NCBI GenBank assembly: GCA_044892525.1
Contig: CM097885.1
Location: forward strand, 242,420,001 to 242,484,000
Reading direction: 5' to 3'
Source: Schmidtea polychroa
Taxonomy: Eukaryota
Length of the DNA stretch: 64,000 nucleotides
The notes below the pieces were generated by a model. That model made no database searches, had not been told where the DNA came from, and worked only from the letters and a program-made list of their open reading frames with translations. This document shows, in pieces, positions 49,806 through 58,779 of this stretch (position 1 is the first letter of the stretch; each line of letters begins with the position of its first letter). The translations under genes were made by a program, and so were the position numbers.

Positions 49806-50950
49806 GCTATAATACAAGCTATCAAACACTTCCGATATTTACTATGGGGACATGAGATATGTATAACCACAGATCACCAACCATTAGTGTGGTTAGGGCA
49901 ACATAAAGAAGCGTCCAGTAGACTGATGAGATGGGCCATGCAATTGCAAGAATACTCCCCATTTATAAAATTCAAAGCGGGAAGAGCAAATGCCAACGCC
50001 GATTGTATGTCAAGATTTATTTTTCCAGATTTGGTGGATTCAGAAATGCAACGCATATGCTTAATAGTAGCGGAAGATTTAGATTTCTGTCAATTGCGAA
50101 AGGACCAACAAGAGGACGCAGAATTAAAACAAATTATCGATTATGTAAAAACCGGAAAGACGGAGGTATATGCGAAAGATCAAAAATTAAAAGAACATAT
50201 GGATAAACACCGACACCGATATATTATAGAGAAAGATTGGTTGCTGATAATGGATGGAGAAAAACGATTAATGTGTATACCGGAAAACCGACGAAAAGAG
50301 TTACTAACGCAATATCACGATGGGAGATTGGGAGGACATATGTCATCAAAAAAGACGTTAGCAAGAATGAAACAGAAATATTTTTGGCCAACCCTAACGG
50401 AAGACGTAACCGAATGGGTGAAAAACTGCCTAACCTGTGCAACAAGGAAAAACACTGGATCGAAATGGAAAGCACCTTTGACGCCAATGCCGGTACCAAT
50501 AGAGCCGATGACAATGATATCAATGGACGTAGTTGGTCCATTACCGGAATCGGATAGAGGAAACGTTTATATTTTAGTGATTACAGACTTTCTCACGAAA
50601 TTTCCAGAAGCATTCGCGATGCCAGACCAAAAAGCTAAAACAATCGCAAAAATCTTAGTCGAAGAGATATGTTGCCGTTACGGAACACCGAAGCAAATCT
50701 TGACTGATCAAGGAACTAATTTTATGAGTGAGATAATGAGCTAAGTAACAAACTATTTCAAAATCGCAAAACTAAGAACATCTCCATATCACCCTCAAAC
50801 CAATGGGATGACGGAAAGATTTAATGGAACACTTATACAAATGTTATCAAACTACGTCGATCGTCACCAACGAGATTGGGATGAATACATAAATATATGT
50901 CTTATGGCTTACAGAATGTCAATTCATGCATCAACGAAAATGAGCCCATG
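49806..50950 (+). CDS. pol: RNaseH 3' part and integrase HHCC + DDE core (internal TAA at 50742, small deletion near 50949)
   Basis: TDHQPL; H-x6-H..C-x2-C (HDGRLGGH..CLTC); MDVVGP, TDQGTNF, GMTERFN; the frame continues past the stop into TSPYHPQTNG. Confidence 0.95.
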
Positions 50951-53900
50951 AGAGAGTGCAACATGCCAATGGACCTGGAATACCAACCACCGATATCGCA
51001 ATACATGGAGATAGATGATTATGTTACGAAATTCAAGGAAAGAATGCAGGAGATTTGGGAAACTGCGGGATTAAATATCAAGTTCTACCAGGAAAGTTAT
51101 AAAGATTTACACGATCGAAAGAAAAACGTGAAGCAACATACGTTTCAAACAGGCGATTGGGTGATGATCGAGACCCCAGAATTAATTCCCGGAACCACAA
51201 GAAAGTTACAACGGAACGGAAAAGGGCCATATGAGATCTTGTTCGTAGGCGAAACCAATGTAAGAGTAAAATTGGTAAATAATCCATTCACCAGGCCAAT
51301 ATACGTAAACGTGGCACGATGCAAATCAATTCCAAAAACAGCCACCAGTCAACCAGAAGGCCGTACATTAACCACACGTTCGCAAACCTACAGAATGAAC
51401 ATGATGCAACAACTCGCAGAACCTATCACTGGACGATTGGGCATACAACCATCGGAAGCCGAAAAAATCGTACGAGAGGTAAAGATAAAATTACCCGGAT
51501 GGGCAAAAGATCGATTAGATTTCGAAATATTAGGAGGATTATTGACGATGATCGAAAACTATGCAAACAGAGAGAGGACACATCCGTTATTGCGAGTAGT
51601 TAAAAGTCAATGGCCAATATTATTTACAATAACAGATCATTATGGAGACACACCATTACACAAACTCATGAAAGTAGGTAACAACGAGCAAATACTAGAA
51701 ACAATAGAAGTATTTCACGACTGCAAGCGATCAACAGAACAAGAAAACAACCAAGGCTACACACCATTAATGATAGCAGCAAACAGAGGCAAAACAAAAG
51801 ACATTATAACCGCATTACTTGATACTGGATCAAAAATAACTACACAAGACCACGAGCGGAAAAACGCACTACATCATGCTATCGAAGGGAAAAGTACCGA
51901 GGCGTTCACGTTGTTGATGGAACTACTATCATATGAGGACAATCGAGAAGTCGGAAACATGTATGATGGATTATTAACAGCGATCAAAGAGAAACTGACA
52001 ACAATTACCGGAGTATTAATCACTTGGAGAAACCCAATTAAAAATAATTATATGGTCAACGTAAACGAAGCATTCACGAGAGGAGAGAACACGCTTATGA
52101 GAGAAGCTATGAAAGGACATCATTTATTCGAAATCCCGAATCAATTACTAGAACGAGGAATAACCTTCACAAATCATAAGGATGAGCAGTTATTAAAAAA
52201 GCGAATTGACACATTCGAAAAATCAATATTCCAATTCATTACTCAGGTACGAAATAAATATTGGGAAACGGTAAGTGTGTTATACATGATGGACACGATG
52301 AACAACATCCGCGAGAATTACCTAGATATTATCCAAATACTTACCGCAGAGGAACGAATCAATAATCCAACCGGAAAGAAAATGAAAATAAGGCATGGGA
52401 AATCAAGAGAACCAAAGTCGCAAACGAACCAAACGATCGCAAATAAAGTCATCGAAACAAAATCAATGAGTGTAGATCAAAGAGCAATAATATGCAAAGC
52501 GAAAGAAGTGTTCTTTGAGGAAATGCTAGAGCTCTCAGATGAAATAATATTATCAGAAATAATAAAAACCGTGCATACATATGCAAGAGATCAAACAACG
52601 AATTTGGACATCGGTAAAATCAAAACCTTCTTGCCCCGAGCATTTACGATGGTAACGAAGGATTTCAGAACACCACTACAACAGGCAATATTAGCAGCGA
52701 AAGAAAATAGAGCAATAACGATCATGAGAATCCTTAGGGATATGGGCGAGGAAACCAACACGAAAAATGAACAAGGCGAAACCGCCATGATGTATGCAGC
52801 TATAACGAAAATACACCCAAAAACCCTCCACATACTACATCAATCAGGATCGAGACTAGACGAAAAGTCAAACGAAGGGAACTCCACTATGGACTGGGCA
52901 ACCATACAGCCTAATTTAGAAATGATCAGATTTATTTGCAAAAATGCGACAAGAGAAGAAGTTGAAAATATATGCAAAAACACAGCTCAATTTCAATGGA
53001 ATACGGTACGGAAAAATCTAGAAGCAATGAAATTATTATTAACATGGAGAGTACCACAAAATAATAAATATGCGATAAATGTAAACGAATTCTACGAAAA
53101 CGGAGAAAACGCGATGGTAAAGAATACATTAACTAAAGGGGGGACACCAAAAATTATTTTAATAGTATTAAACAGAGAAGACCTCAAATTCACGCAAAAT
53201 CAGAACGAGCAACAACGAATTGGAAAACATCGTCGTATTCAATTGAGAGAATTAGTCAAAGAATGGAATAGAAAGAGACATGCTGCAACGGGTAGAAAAG
53301 AGTTTGAATTCGAAGCAAAATTAGCAAGGAACAGAGTGTTAACAGCATATCGCAGATTATTGAACGATATAAATGTCGAGGACGACATTTTAAACGACAG
53401 CGGGGGAGATAAACACGATGACAATGACGGAAAAGGCCGAAAGGAGGATAAAGGGAAAAGAGAACCGGAAGAGGATAAACCGGAAAACAAGGATTCGGGT
53501 ACGAGAAGAGAGGGAAACAGCCCGGGAACCAAGACCAAAGAGGAGGAAAAACCGAATAATGGAAAACAGAGGGTATGCCTACCTTTCACTAACAAAGAAA
53601 TAGAAACAAATATGATCATAATGATAATCATGCTAACCATGATAGAGTTAGTAACAGCTCATGGAGGGACGAGAACGATAAAAGAAACCAAAGAAGCGGA
53701 GAATCAAGATAGCAAAGAGGAAGAACTAAAACAAGAAAAGAAAAAGCAAGCACAAGAGCAGCAGTGGGATTTAAAGGAAGAATGGGGCCTAAAGAAAAGG
53801 TGCATACTAGGAAGATGTATGTCTAGAGCGTATCAGAGATTAGTACTGATAAATGAGGACACAGAACCGATAACAGAAGTAAGAATACAAGAAGTATACC

Positions 53901-54613
53901 GAAATCGAGACGGGAAGAGAATAACGAACGTTAAAGGAAAAGAGGTGCACCTAGGAAAAGGTGGTGAAGTAGTAATAACGCAGCTCCAACCAAGAAAAGA
54001 ACACAAAGTCTGTATTTCAAGATTAGGACCAGGTGAGAGATGCCATCAATATGTGACGCAGCAGCAGCCCCCGAAAGAATACACGGTTTGTATCTGGAGG
54101 AACGAATCAAAAAGGGAATGCCGACGATACCCGGGGAAAAGAGGGAAGAAAAGAAAAAACCACGACGAAAAGGACGAAGGAGGAAAGCACAAGAAAACCG
54201 GCGAGGAAGCTCAGGACAACTATGTTTCGGAGGAAGAGATGGGAAAAATACAAAAGATGGCAAAGGAGGGTATGAACGAGGAAATAGCAAGAATACGAGA
54301 GATGATGAAAGGAAATGGCAAAAGAGGAAACGAGAAAAGTACAGAAGCGATATCAACATTAACAAACAAGGAAAAACCAGAGAGTATAAGCGTGAAGCAG
54401 ATGATGTGGATCAGCGGGATAATAATAACAGGGGCATTCCTAATCATAACGGGGGGAACAATAAAAATAATTAAAGATAAACGACATCGCGGAGAACTAG
54501 AGATGACCCGAATCAGAAATTTCCAACATCGAGTGAAACGACCAAGTGATATCAAACAAGAACAGTGGGTGGAGGCCTGGAACGCTCAGCGCCCTCCAAA
54601 CTCACGTATATAG
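50897..54613 (+). CDS. Integrase C-terminus (GPY) fused to two ankyrin-repeat modules, a signal-peptide-like segment, an FN3-like domain and a C-terminal TM
   Basis: KGPYEI; GDTPLH, GYTPLMIAA, KNALHHA (51632-52160); RTPLQQA, GETAMMYAA, GNSTMDWA (52655-53180); MIIMIIMLTMIELVTA (53612); VVITQLQPRKEHKVCI; MMWISGIIITGAFLIITGGTI (54401). Confidence 0.88.
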   Translation: MSYGLQNVNSCINENEPMRECNMPMDLEYQPPISQYMEIDDYVTKFKERMQEIWETAGLNIKFYQESYKDLHDRKKNVKQHTFQTGDWVMIETPELIPGTTRKLQRNGKGPYEILFVGETNVRVKLVNNPFTRPIYVNVARCKSIPKTATSQPEGRTLTTRSQTYRMNMMQQLAEPITGRLGIQPSEAEKIVREVKIKLPGWAKDRLDFEILGGLLTMIENYANRERTHPLLRVVKSQWPILFTITDHYGDTPLHKLMKVGNNEQILETIEVFHDCKRSTEQENNQGYTPLMIAANRGKTKDIITALLDTGSKITTQDHERKNALHHAIEGKSTEAFTLLMELLSYEDNREVGNMYDGLLTAIKEKLTTITGVLITWRNPIKNNYMVNVNEAFTRGENTLMREAMKGHHLFEIPNQLLERGITFTNHKDEQLLKKRIDTFEKSIFQFITQVRNKYWETVSVLYMMDTMNNIRENYLDIIQILTAEERINNPTGKKMKIRHGKSREPKSQTNQTIANKVIETKSMSVDQRAIICKAKEVFFEEMLELSDEIILSEIIKTVHTYARDQTTNLDIGKIKTFLPRAFTMVTKDFRTPLQQAILAAKENRAITIMRILRDMGEETNTKNEQGETAMMYAAITKIHPKTLHILHQSGSRLDEKSNEGNSTMDWATIQPNLEMIRFICKNATREEVENICKNTAQFQWNTVRKNLEAMKLLLTWRVPQNNKYAINVNEFYENGENAMVKNTLTKGGTPKIILIVLNREDLKFTQNQNEQQRIGKHRRIQLRELVKEWNRKRHAATGRKEFEFEAKLARNRVLTAYRRLLNDINVEDDILNDSGGDKHDDNDGKGRKEDKGKREPEEDKPENKDSGTRREGNSPGTKTKEEEKPNNGKQRVCLPFTNKEIETNMIIMIIMLTMIELVTAHGGTRTIKETKEAENQDSKEEELKQEKKKQAQEQQWDLKEEWGLKKRCILGRCMSRAYQRLVLINEDTEPITEVRIQEVYRNRDGKRITNVKGKEVHLGKGGEVVITQLQPRKEHKVCISRLGPGERCHQYVTQQQPPKEYTVCIWRNESKRECRRYPGKRGKKRKNHDEKDEGGKHKKTGEEAQDNYVSEEEMGKIQKMAKEGMNEEIARIREMMKGNGKRGNEKSTEAISTLTNKEKPESISVKQMMWISGIIITGAFLIITGGTIKIIKDKRHRGELEMTRIRNFQHRVKRPSDIKQEQWVEAWNAQRPPNSRI

Positions 54614-54773
54614 AAAGGAATATGACTGTATATAATTGTAAAAAGTAAGTATATCTTATGTATATAACAGTACTATATCTTTATATAAGCGCGGTATCAA
54701 TATTATACAATAACGGGAATCATAAAATAAAATTAAATTTAGATAAGAGTTGAAAAGTGTATATAAATTAAGA

Positions 54774-55133
54774 ATGGAGCAAGGAAATAACGAAATGAAC
54801 CACAACACAGTAACCGAAGAATTATGGAAGCAACAATGTGCCGTATTAGCACAATTAGTGTCTAATTTGCAAGAACAAGGATTGACGATGCAAAAGAACC
54901 TAATCGAGAGTATGAACAGAGGATTTAGTTATTTGAAGATAATTGAAGACCAGAGGTTAAAAATCGAACAAATGCAAAGAGAAATAGAGAGGATAACCCA
55001 ATATAGCCGAAGACAGGAAATCGAATTGGACAGAATGATGGAGGAAGCAGAACAGACAGAAATAGAAGACTGGTCAGAATGGCTTATGAGTAGAGAGGAG
55101 GGCGGACACGAAGCCGACTCTTCCGAACCATAA
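54774..55133 (+). CDS. Accessory coiled-coil ORF A (about 119 aa)
   Basis: ATG at 54774, heptad-like Q/E/L pattern, acidic W-containing C-terminus, same codon style as the polyprotein. Confidence 0.65.
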   Translation: MEQGNNEMNHNTVTEELWKQQCAVLAQLVSNLQEQGLTMQKNLIESMNRGFSYLKIIEDQRLKIEQMQREIERITQYSRRQEIELDRMMEEAEQTEIEDWSEWLMSREEGGHEADSSEP

Positions 55134-55218
55134 ACCAAACCTAGCTTAAAATGTAAATAATTGTAAATAAAATATCGAACCTGTATCGATAAGAACTATA
55201 TGTATATATAATTATAGA

Positions 55219-56607
55219 ATGGATAAACGACAAAGAGAAGAGTTCAGAGAAATTGTCGAACAAGTCCGAAAATCTACAACGATCAGAGTACACAAACATG
55301 TTATGTGCGGAATATGTGAAAAGTTGCTAAAAGAACCCCACCAAACCCTATGTGGATGCAGATTATGTAAGGAATGTATCAGTGAAGCAATAAAGAATAG
55401 ACCACAGTGGTGCCCGGTGTGTAAAGAGACACTAATATCGAGTTTAGAAGACACTAACGAGGATAAAGCCGCAGTGAAAGACATGTTAAACACCAATCTG
55501 GGATGCAAAAATACCCCATGCGAATGGAAAGGAGTAATATGGAAAGTAGTGCAACATATGGGAGAATGTATGTACAGAATCGGCCAGTGTGAAAGGTGCC
55601 ATAAAACCATTCGAGCAAGCGAAGAAAAAGAGCATCAAAGCCAGTGTGAAGAGAGACTAGAAAGATGTAAACATTGTGGAGAAATAGATACGTGGAAAAA
55701 TCTCACCAGCAAACATCACAATGTCCAAGAGGAAAAGGTATGTGCAGAGTTCAGTGGGGAATGCCCGAACGGATGTGAGGAAGGGAGAATAATAAAAATA
55801 GCCCAGCACCTAAAAGAATGTGAGAAGAAAAGAATGATATGTGTACTAGGTAAATGGGGCTGTCAGAAACTACTACACCGAGGAGAGTTACCACATCATT
55901 TAGTAGAAAATGCTTCAACTCACGCAGAAAGGTGGTCGACTGCGCTACAAGAAAGTGAAGAGAAAGTAAAACAAATGGAGATAGAGATAACATCGTTGAA
56001 AGTGTTAGTCAAAGAACTACTAGAAGAAAGAGAAGCGTTCGAAGAAGCCCGAGCTAACATAAAGATGCAAATAAATCGTATAGAAATCAGCAATAATCAG
56101 GCCAAGGTGCTACATCAAAAGATAACTGAGATAAATCTAAATGAAGTAATACCAACAGCACCCTACGTGTGGAAAATAACGGGAGTGAAAGAAAAAATAC
56201 GAAAAGCCAAAACCGGAGAAGAGACAAAAATAACGAGCCCCGCATTCCAGTCTTGGAAAAATGGGTACAAAATGAAAATGAAGATATATCCCAACGGGGA
56301 CGGAACCGGATTAGATACACCCTTTTCGGTTTTCTTTCTTTTATGCAAAGGAGAATACGACGAAATAATAGAATGGCCGTTCCAGGCGAAGATCGACATC
56401 GCACTAATGAATGACCGAAACATCCACGAACAAAGCTTCAAGACAACGGGAAACCAAATGTGTTACCAGAGACCTACGGAAGAAGAAGGATCAGCAACGG
56501 GAGCACCTACGTTCATCCTACAACAAAAAGTAGAGGATATGGCGAGAAATAACACAGTATATATCAAGATGACTGTGAGGAAAGAGGGGAAGGGTAGAAC
56601 GGAGTAA
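55219..56607 (+). CDS. TRAF: Full-length intronless TRAF-family protein (RING - TRAF zinc fingers - coiled coil - MATH)
   Basis: CGICEKLL..CGCRLCKEC..CPVC; repeated C-x2/3-C..H..C fingers; coiled coil; MATH YVWKI..SPAF..GYKMKMKIYPNGDG..KGEYD..WPF..YQRP..G.PTF. Confidence 0.96.
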   Translation: MDKRQREEFREIVEQVRKSTTIRVHKHVMCGICEKLLKEPHQTLCGCRLCKECISEAIKNRPQWCPVCKETLISSLEDTNEDKAAVKDMLNTNLGCKNTPCEWKGVIWKVVQHMGECMYRIGQCERCHKTIRASEEKEHQSQCEERLERCKHCGEIDTWKNLTSKHHNVQEEKVCAEFSGECPNGCEEGRIIKIAQHLKECEKKRMICVLGKWGCQKLLHRGELPHHLVENASTHAERWSTALQESEEKVKQMEIEITSLKVLVKELLEEREAFEEARANIKMQINRIEISNNQAKVLHQKITEINLNEVIPTAPYVWKITGVKEKIRKAKTGEETKITSPAFQSWKNGYKMKMKIYPNGDGTGLDTPFSVFFLLCKGEYDEIIEWPFQAKIDIALMNDRNIHEQSFKTTGNQMCYQRPTEEEGSATGAPTFILQQKVEDMARNNTVYIKMTVRKEGKGRTE

Positions 56608-56746
56608 CCCATCGAATAATGTTGTATATAATAATCTGTATATATCGGTGTATATATCCAATAAAATATTATATAATAATAGTATGAAAAACCCTAAATA
56701 CGAAAACCCAAAAATGATGCGAAAATTTCCGAAAAAACAGTAACTA

Positions 56747-57544
56747 ATGAATAAAAATTTTTCCATGATAAAAAGATTGATCGATATCTATGATTTAGAA
56801 ATGACACAAGAGAAAATAACCGAAACTACGATAGCCCCAACCAATATCAACAAGACACAAATTCCCCGAGAATATAACGAAAAATGGAACAAAGTAATGT
56901 TCCAACTAACTAATCTCACCCGAAATCACATCGAAGAAGCTAGAGAGGATGAGAACAGTAAATATCAATGGCTAATACACAATTTAAGAGAGGAAGCAGA
57001 AGCATGTAAAAGAGCATCAAAATGGGCGTCATTAGAAAATACCCGCCAAGAAGCGCACAGCCACTACTTAAAGCAGCTGGTGCAGGAAGCGAGAAAGAGG
57101 CTCACTGACGAAAACGCAAAACGCGAAGCGGAAAAGCAAATAGAAGGGAGGAGAATGATGCACTTATTGGCGGAAGCCAGGAAATGGAAAAGACGAAACA
57201 ATGAAATGGAAAAAGAGATGAAAGAATTGCCCATGAGACTCAGATATGAAAGTGAACAGGGAAAATGGGAGGAAAATTTAATAATAAAGGAAGAATTGAA
57301 ACGGTTGAGAAAGGTCGCCGCCCGTAGCCAAACTTGGCAAACAAAAGCCATGGAATTTGAGCGACATTTGGCAATAAAATGCGACATAAGAGAGCACGAG
57401 AACGCCGCAATGGAAGAGATGATAACCCAACAAGCAGGACGGGTTGTGGAATTAGTGAATCAGGTCGTAGAGATGAAAAGAGACCTTAATGGATTACAAG
57501 GATCGCTGGAACAAAGAAACATGGTCCTAGCTGGAAAAAAATAA
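56747..57544 (+). CDS. Accessory coiled-coil ORF B (265 aa)
   Basis: Uninterrupted E/K/R/A-rich helical ORF; no family recognised. Confidence 0.7.
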   Translation: MNKNFSMIKRLIDIYDLEMTQEKITETTIAPTNINKTQIPREYNEKWNKVMFQLTNLTRNHIEEAREDENSKYQWLIHNLREEAEACKRASKWASLENTRQEAHSHYLKQLVQEARKRLTDENAKREAEKQIEGRRMMHLLAEARKWKRRNNEMEKEMKELPMRLRYESEQGKWEENLIIKEELKRLRKVAARSQTWQTKAMEFERHLAIKCDIREHENAAMEEMITQQAGRVVELVNQVVEMKRDLNGLQGSLEQRNMVLAGKK

Positions 57545-57566
57545 AAAATTAGAAAACGAGAGGAAA

Positions 57567-57857
57567 ATGTATACCGAAAATATTAAAAACTTGGAAATAG
57601 AAATTGAAAAATGGAAGGGCGACGAGAAAATCAAGGCCCTAGACAGACAAATAGAGGCGAAAGACGAAGAGACAAGGTACCTCACCTATCTGCTCGACGA
57701 GGAATTGAATATCACTAGAGCATTAGGAGATGAAGTCCATGAGTTGAGAGCCCAAATTCCCCAATATTACATACCTTATGACCCTATTGCTATCCAGCTG
57801 CAGGCATCGGTCGAGAGCGATGAGGGATACGTGGGCCAAGAGGAAACCTTCGTATAA
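57567..57857 (+). CDS. Accessory coiled-coil ORF C (96 aa)
   Basis: Short helical ORF 22 nt after ORF B; no family recognised. Confidence 0.55.
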   Translation: MYTENIKNLEIEIEKWKGDEKIKALDRQIEAKDEETRYLTYLLDEELNITRALGDEVHELRAQIPQYYIPYDPIAIQLQASVESDEGYVGQEETFV

Positions 57858-57978
57858 AAGGGATCAAAAAGATAAAAAACTAAAAATCGGGACGTATATC
57901 CCAAACAAAAAAAAAAAAAATTAAAGTATTGTAAAAGTATTCAAGGGATTGTAACCCAAACTATTAAATTTTATATAA

Positions 57979-58743
57979 ATGTATATGTATAAGTCGCACT
58001 ATAGCGCACCATTAACTGTACATATTATAGATATGAAAATCGAGGAAATAATAGAAATTATGAGCGACGTAGAAGAGGGAGAGATTGAGGCAGAAACAAC
58101 AGAAACACAAACGTTAAAGGCCGAGTTACAGGAAGAGAAGTACGAAAACGAGAGACTTGTAAACAAATATATAGAAGACCGAAAAATGATTAAAATACTA
58201 AAGAAGGAGTGCGAAGTGCTAGGAGAAGTAAAAAGAGAAGCAGAAGAAGAAAATGAATGGCTACAAGAACAACGAACACGAGGAAGAAATTGGGAAAAGA
58301 TTGCAGAGGAACTATGGCAAGAGAGGGCAAGCTTCAAAGCAGAGGAAGTAATCCAAGACTATTGGAAAACAGAGGCGAAGGAACGCCAAATAACTATAAA
58401 TAAATTAAATCGACAATTGGAAGAAAAACAACGAGAAAGTGAGGAAATGAAGAAATGGATTCGCAAATACCAAGAGATCGAGAGAAAACAACAACAACAA
58501 CAACGAAACCTTTCGCAAGAAAACGAACAAGATTTCCTACAAATCGAACTAAAAAGGAATCTCGATAACAAACGGGAAGAAATTAGAAGACTGGAGAAGG
58601 AAATAAGGCGCATGAAAAGGGAGGCCCGTGAAAAGGACAGACAGTTGGAAATGCTGCCCGAGTTAAGACACAGGGTCATTAAAGCGGAATCCACCTTGAT
58701 GAGAATCGCCGAAAATAACCCAAAATCAGAACCATTAAATTAA
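57979..58743 (+). CDS. Accessory coiled-coil ORF D (254 aa; start may be ATG 58033)
   Basis: Long E/K/Q/R heptad-rich ORF; no family recognised. Confidence 0.7.
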   Translation: MYMYKSHYSAPLTVHIIDMKIEEIIEIMSDVEEGEIEAETTETQTLKAELQEEKYENERLVNKYIEDRKMIKILKKECEVLGEVKREAEEENEWLQEQRTRGRNWEKIAEELWQERASFKAEEVIQDYWKTEAKERQITINKLNRQLEEKQRESEEMKKWIRKYQEIERKQQQQQRNLSQENEQDFLQIELKRNLDNKREEIRRLEKEIRRMKREAREKDRQLEMLPELRHRVIKAESTLMRIAENNPKSEPLN

Positions 58744-58779
58744 GGGTCACTAAAACCAATTGTAAATAAAACATAATGA

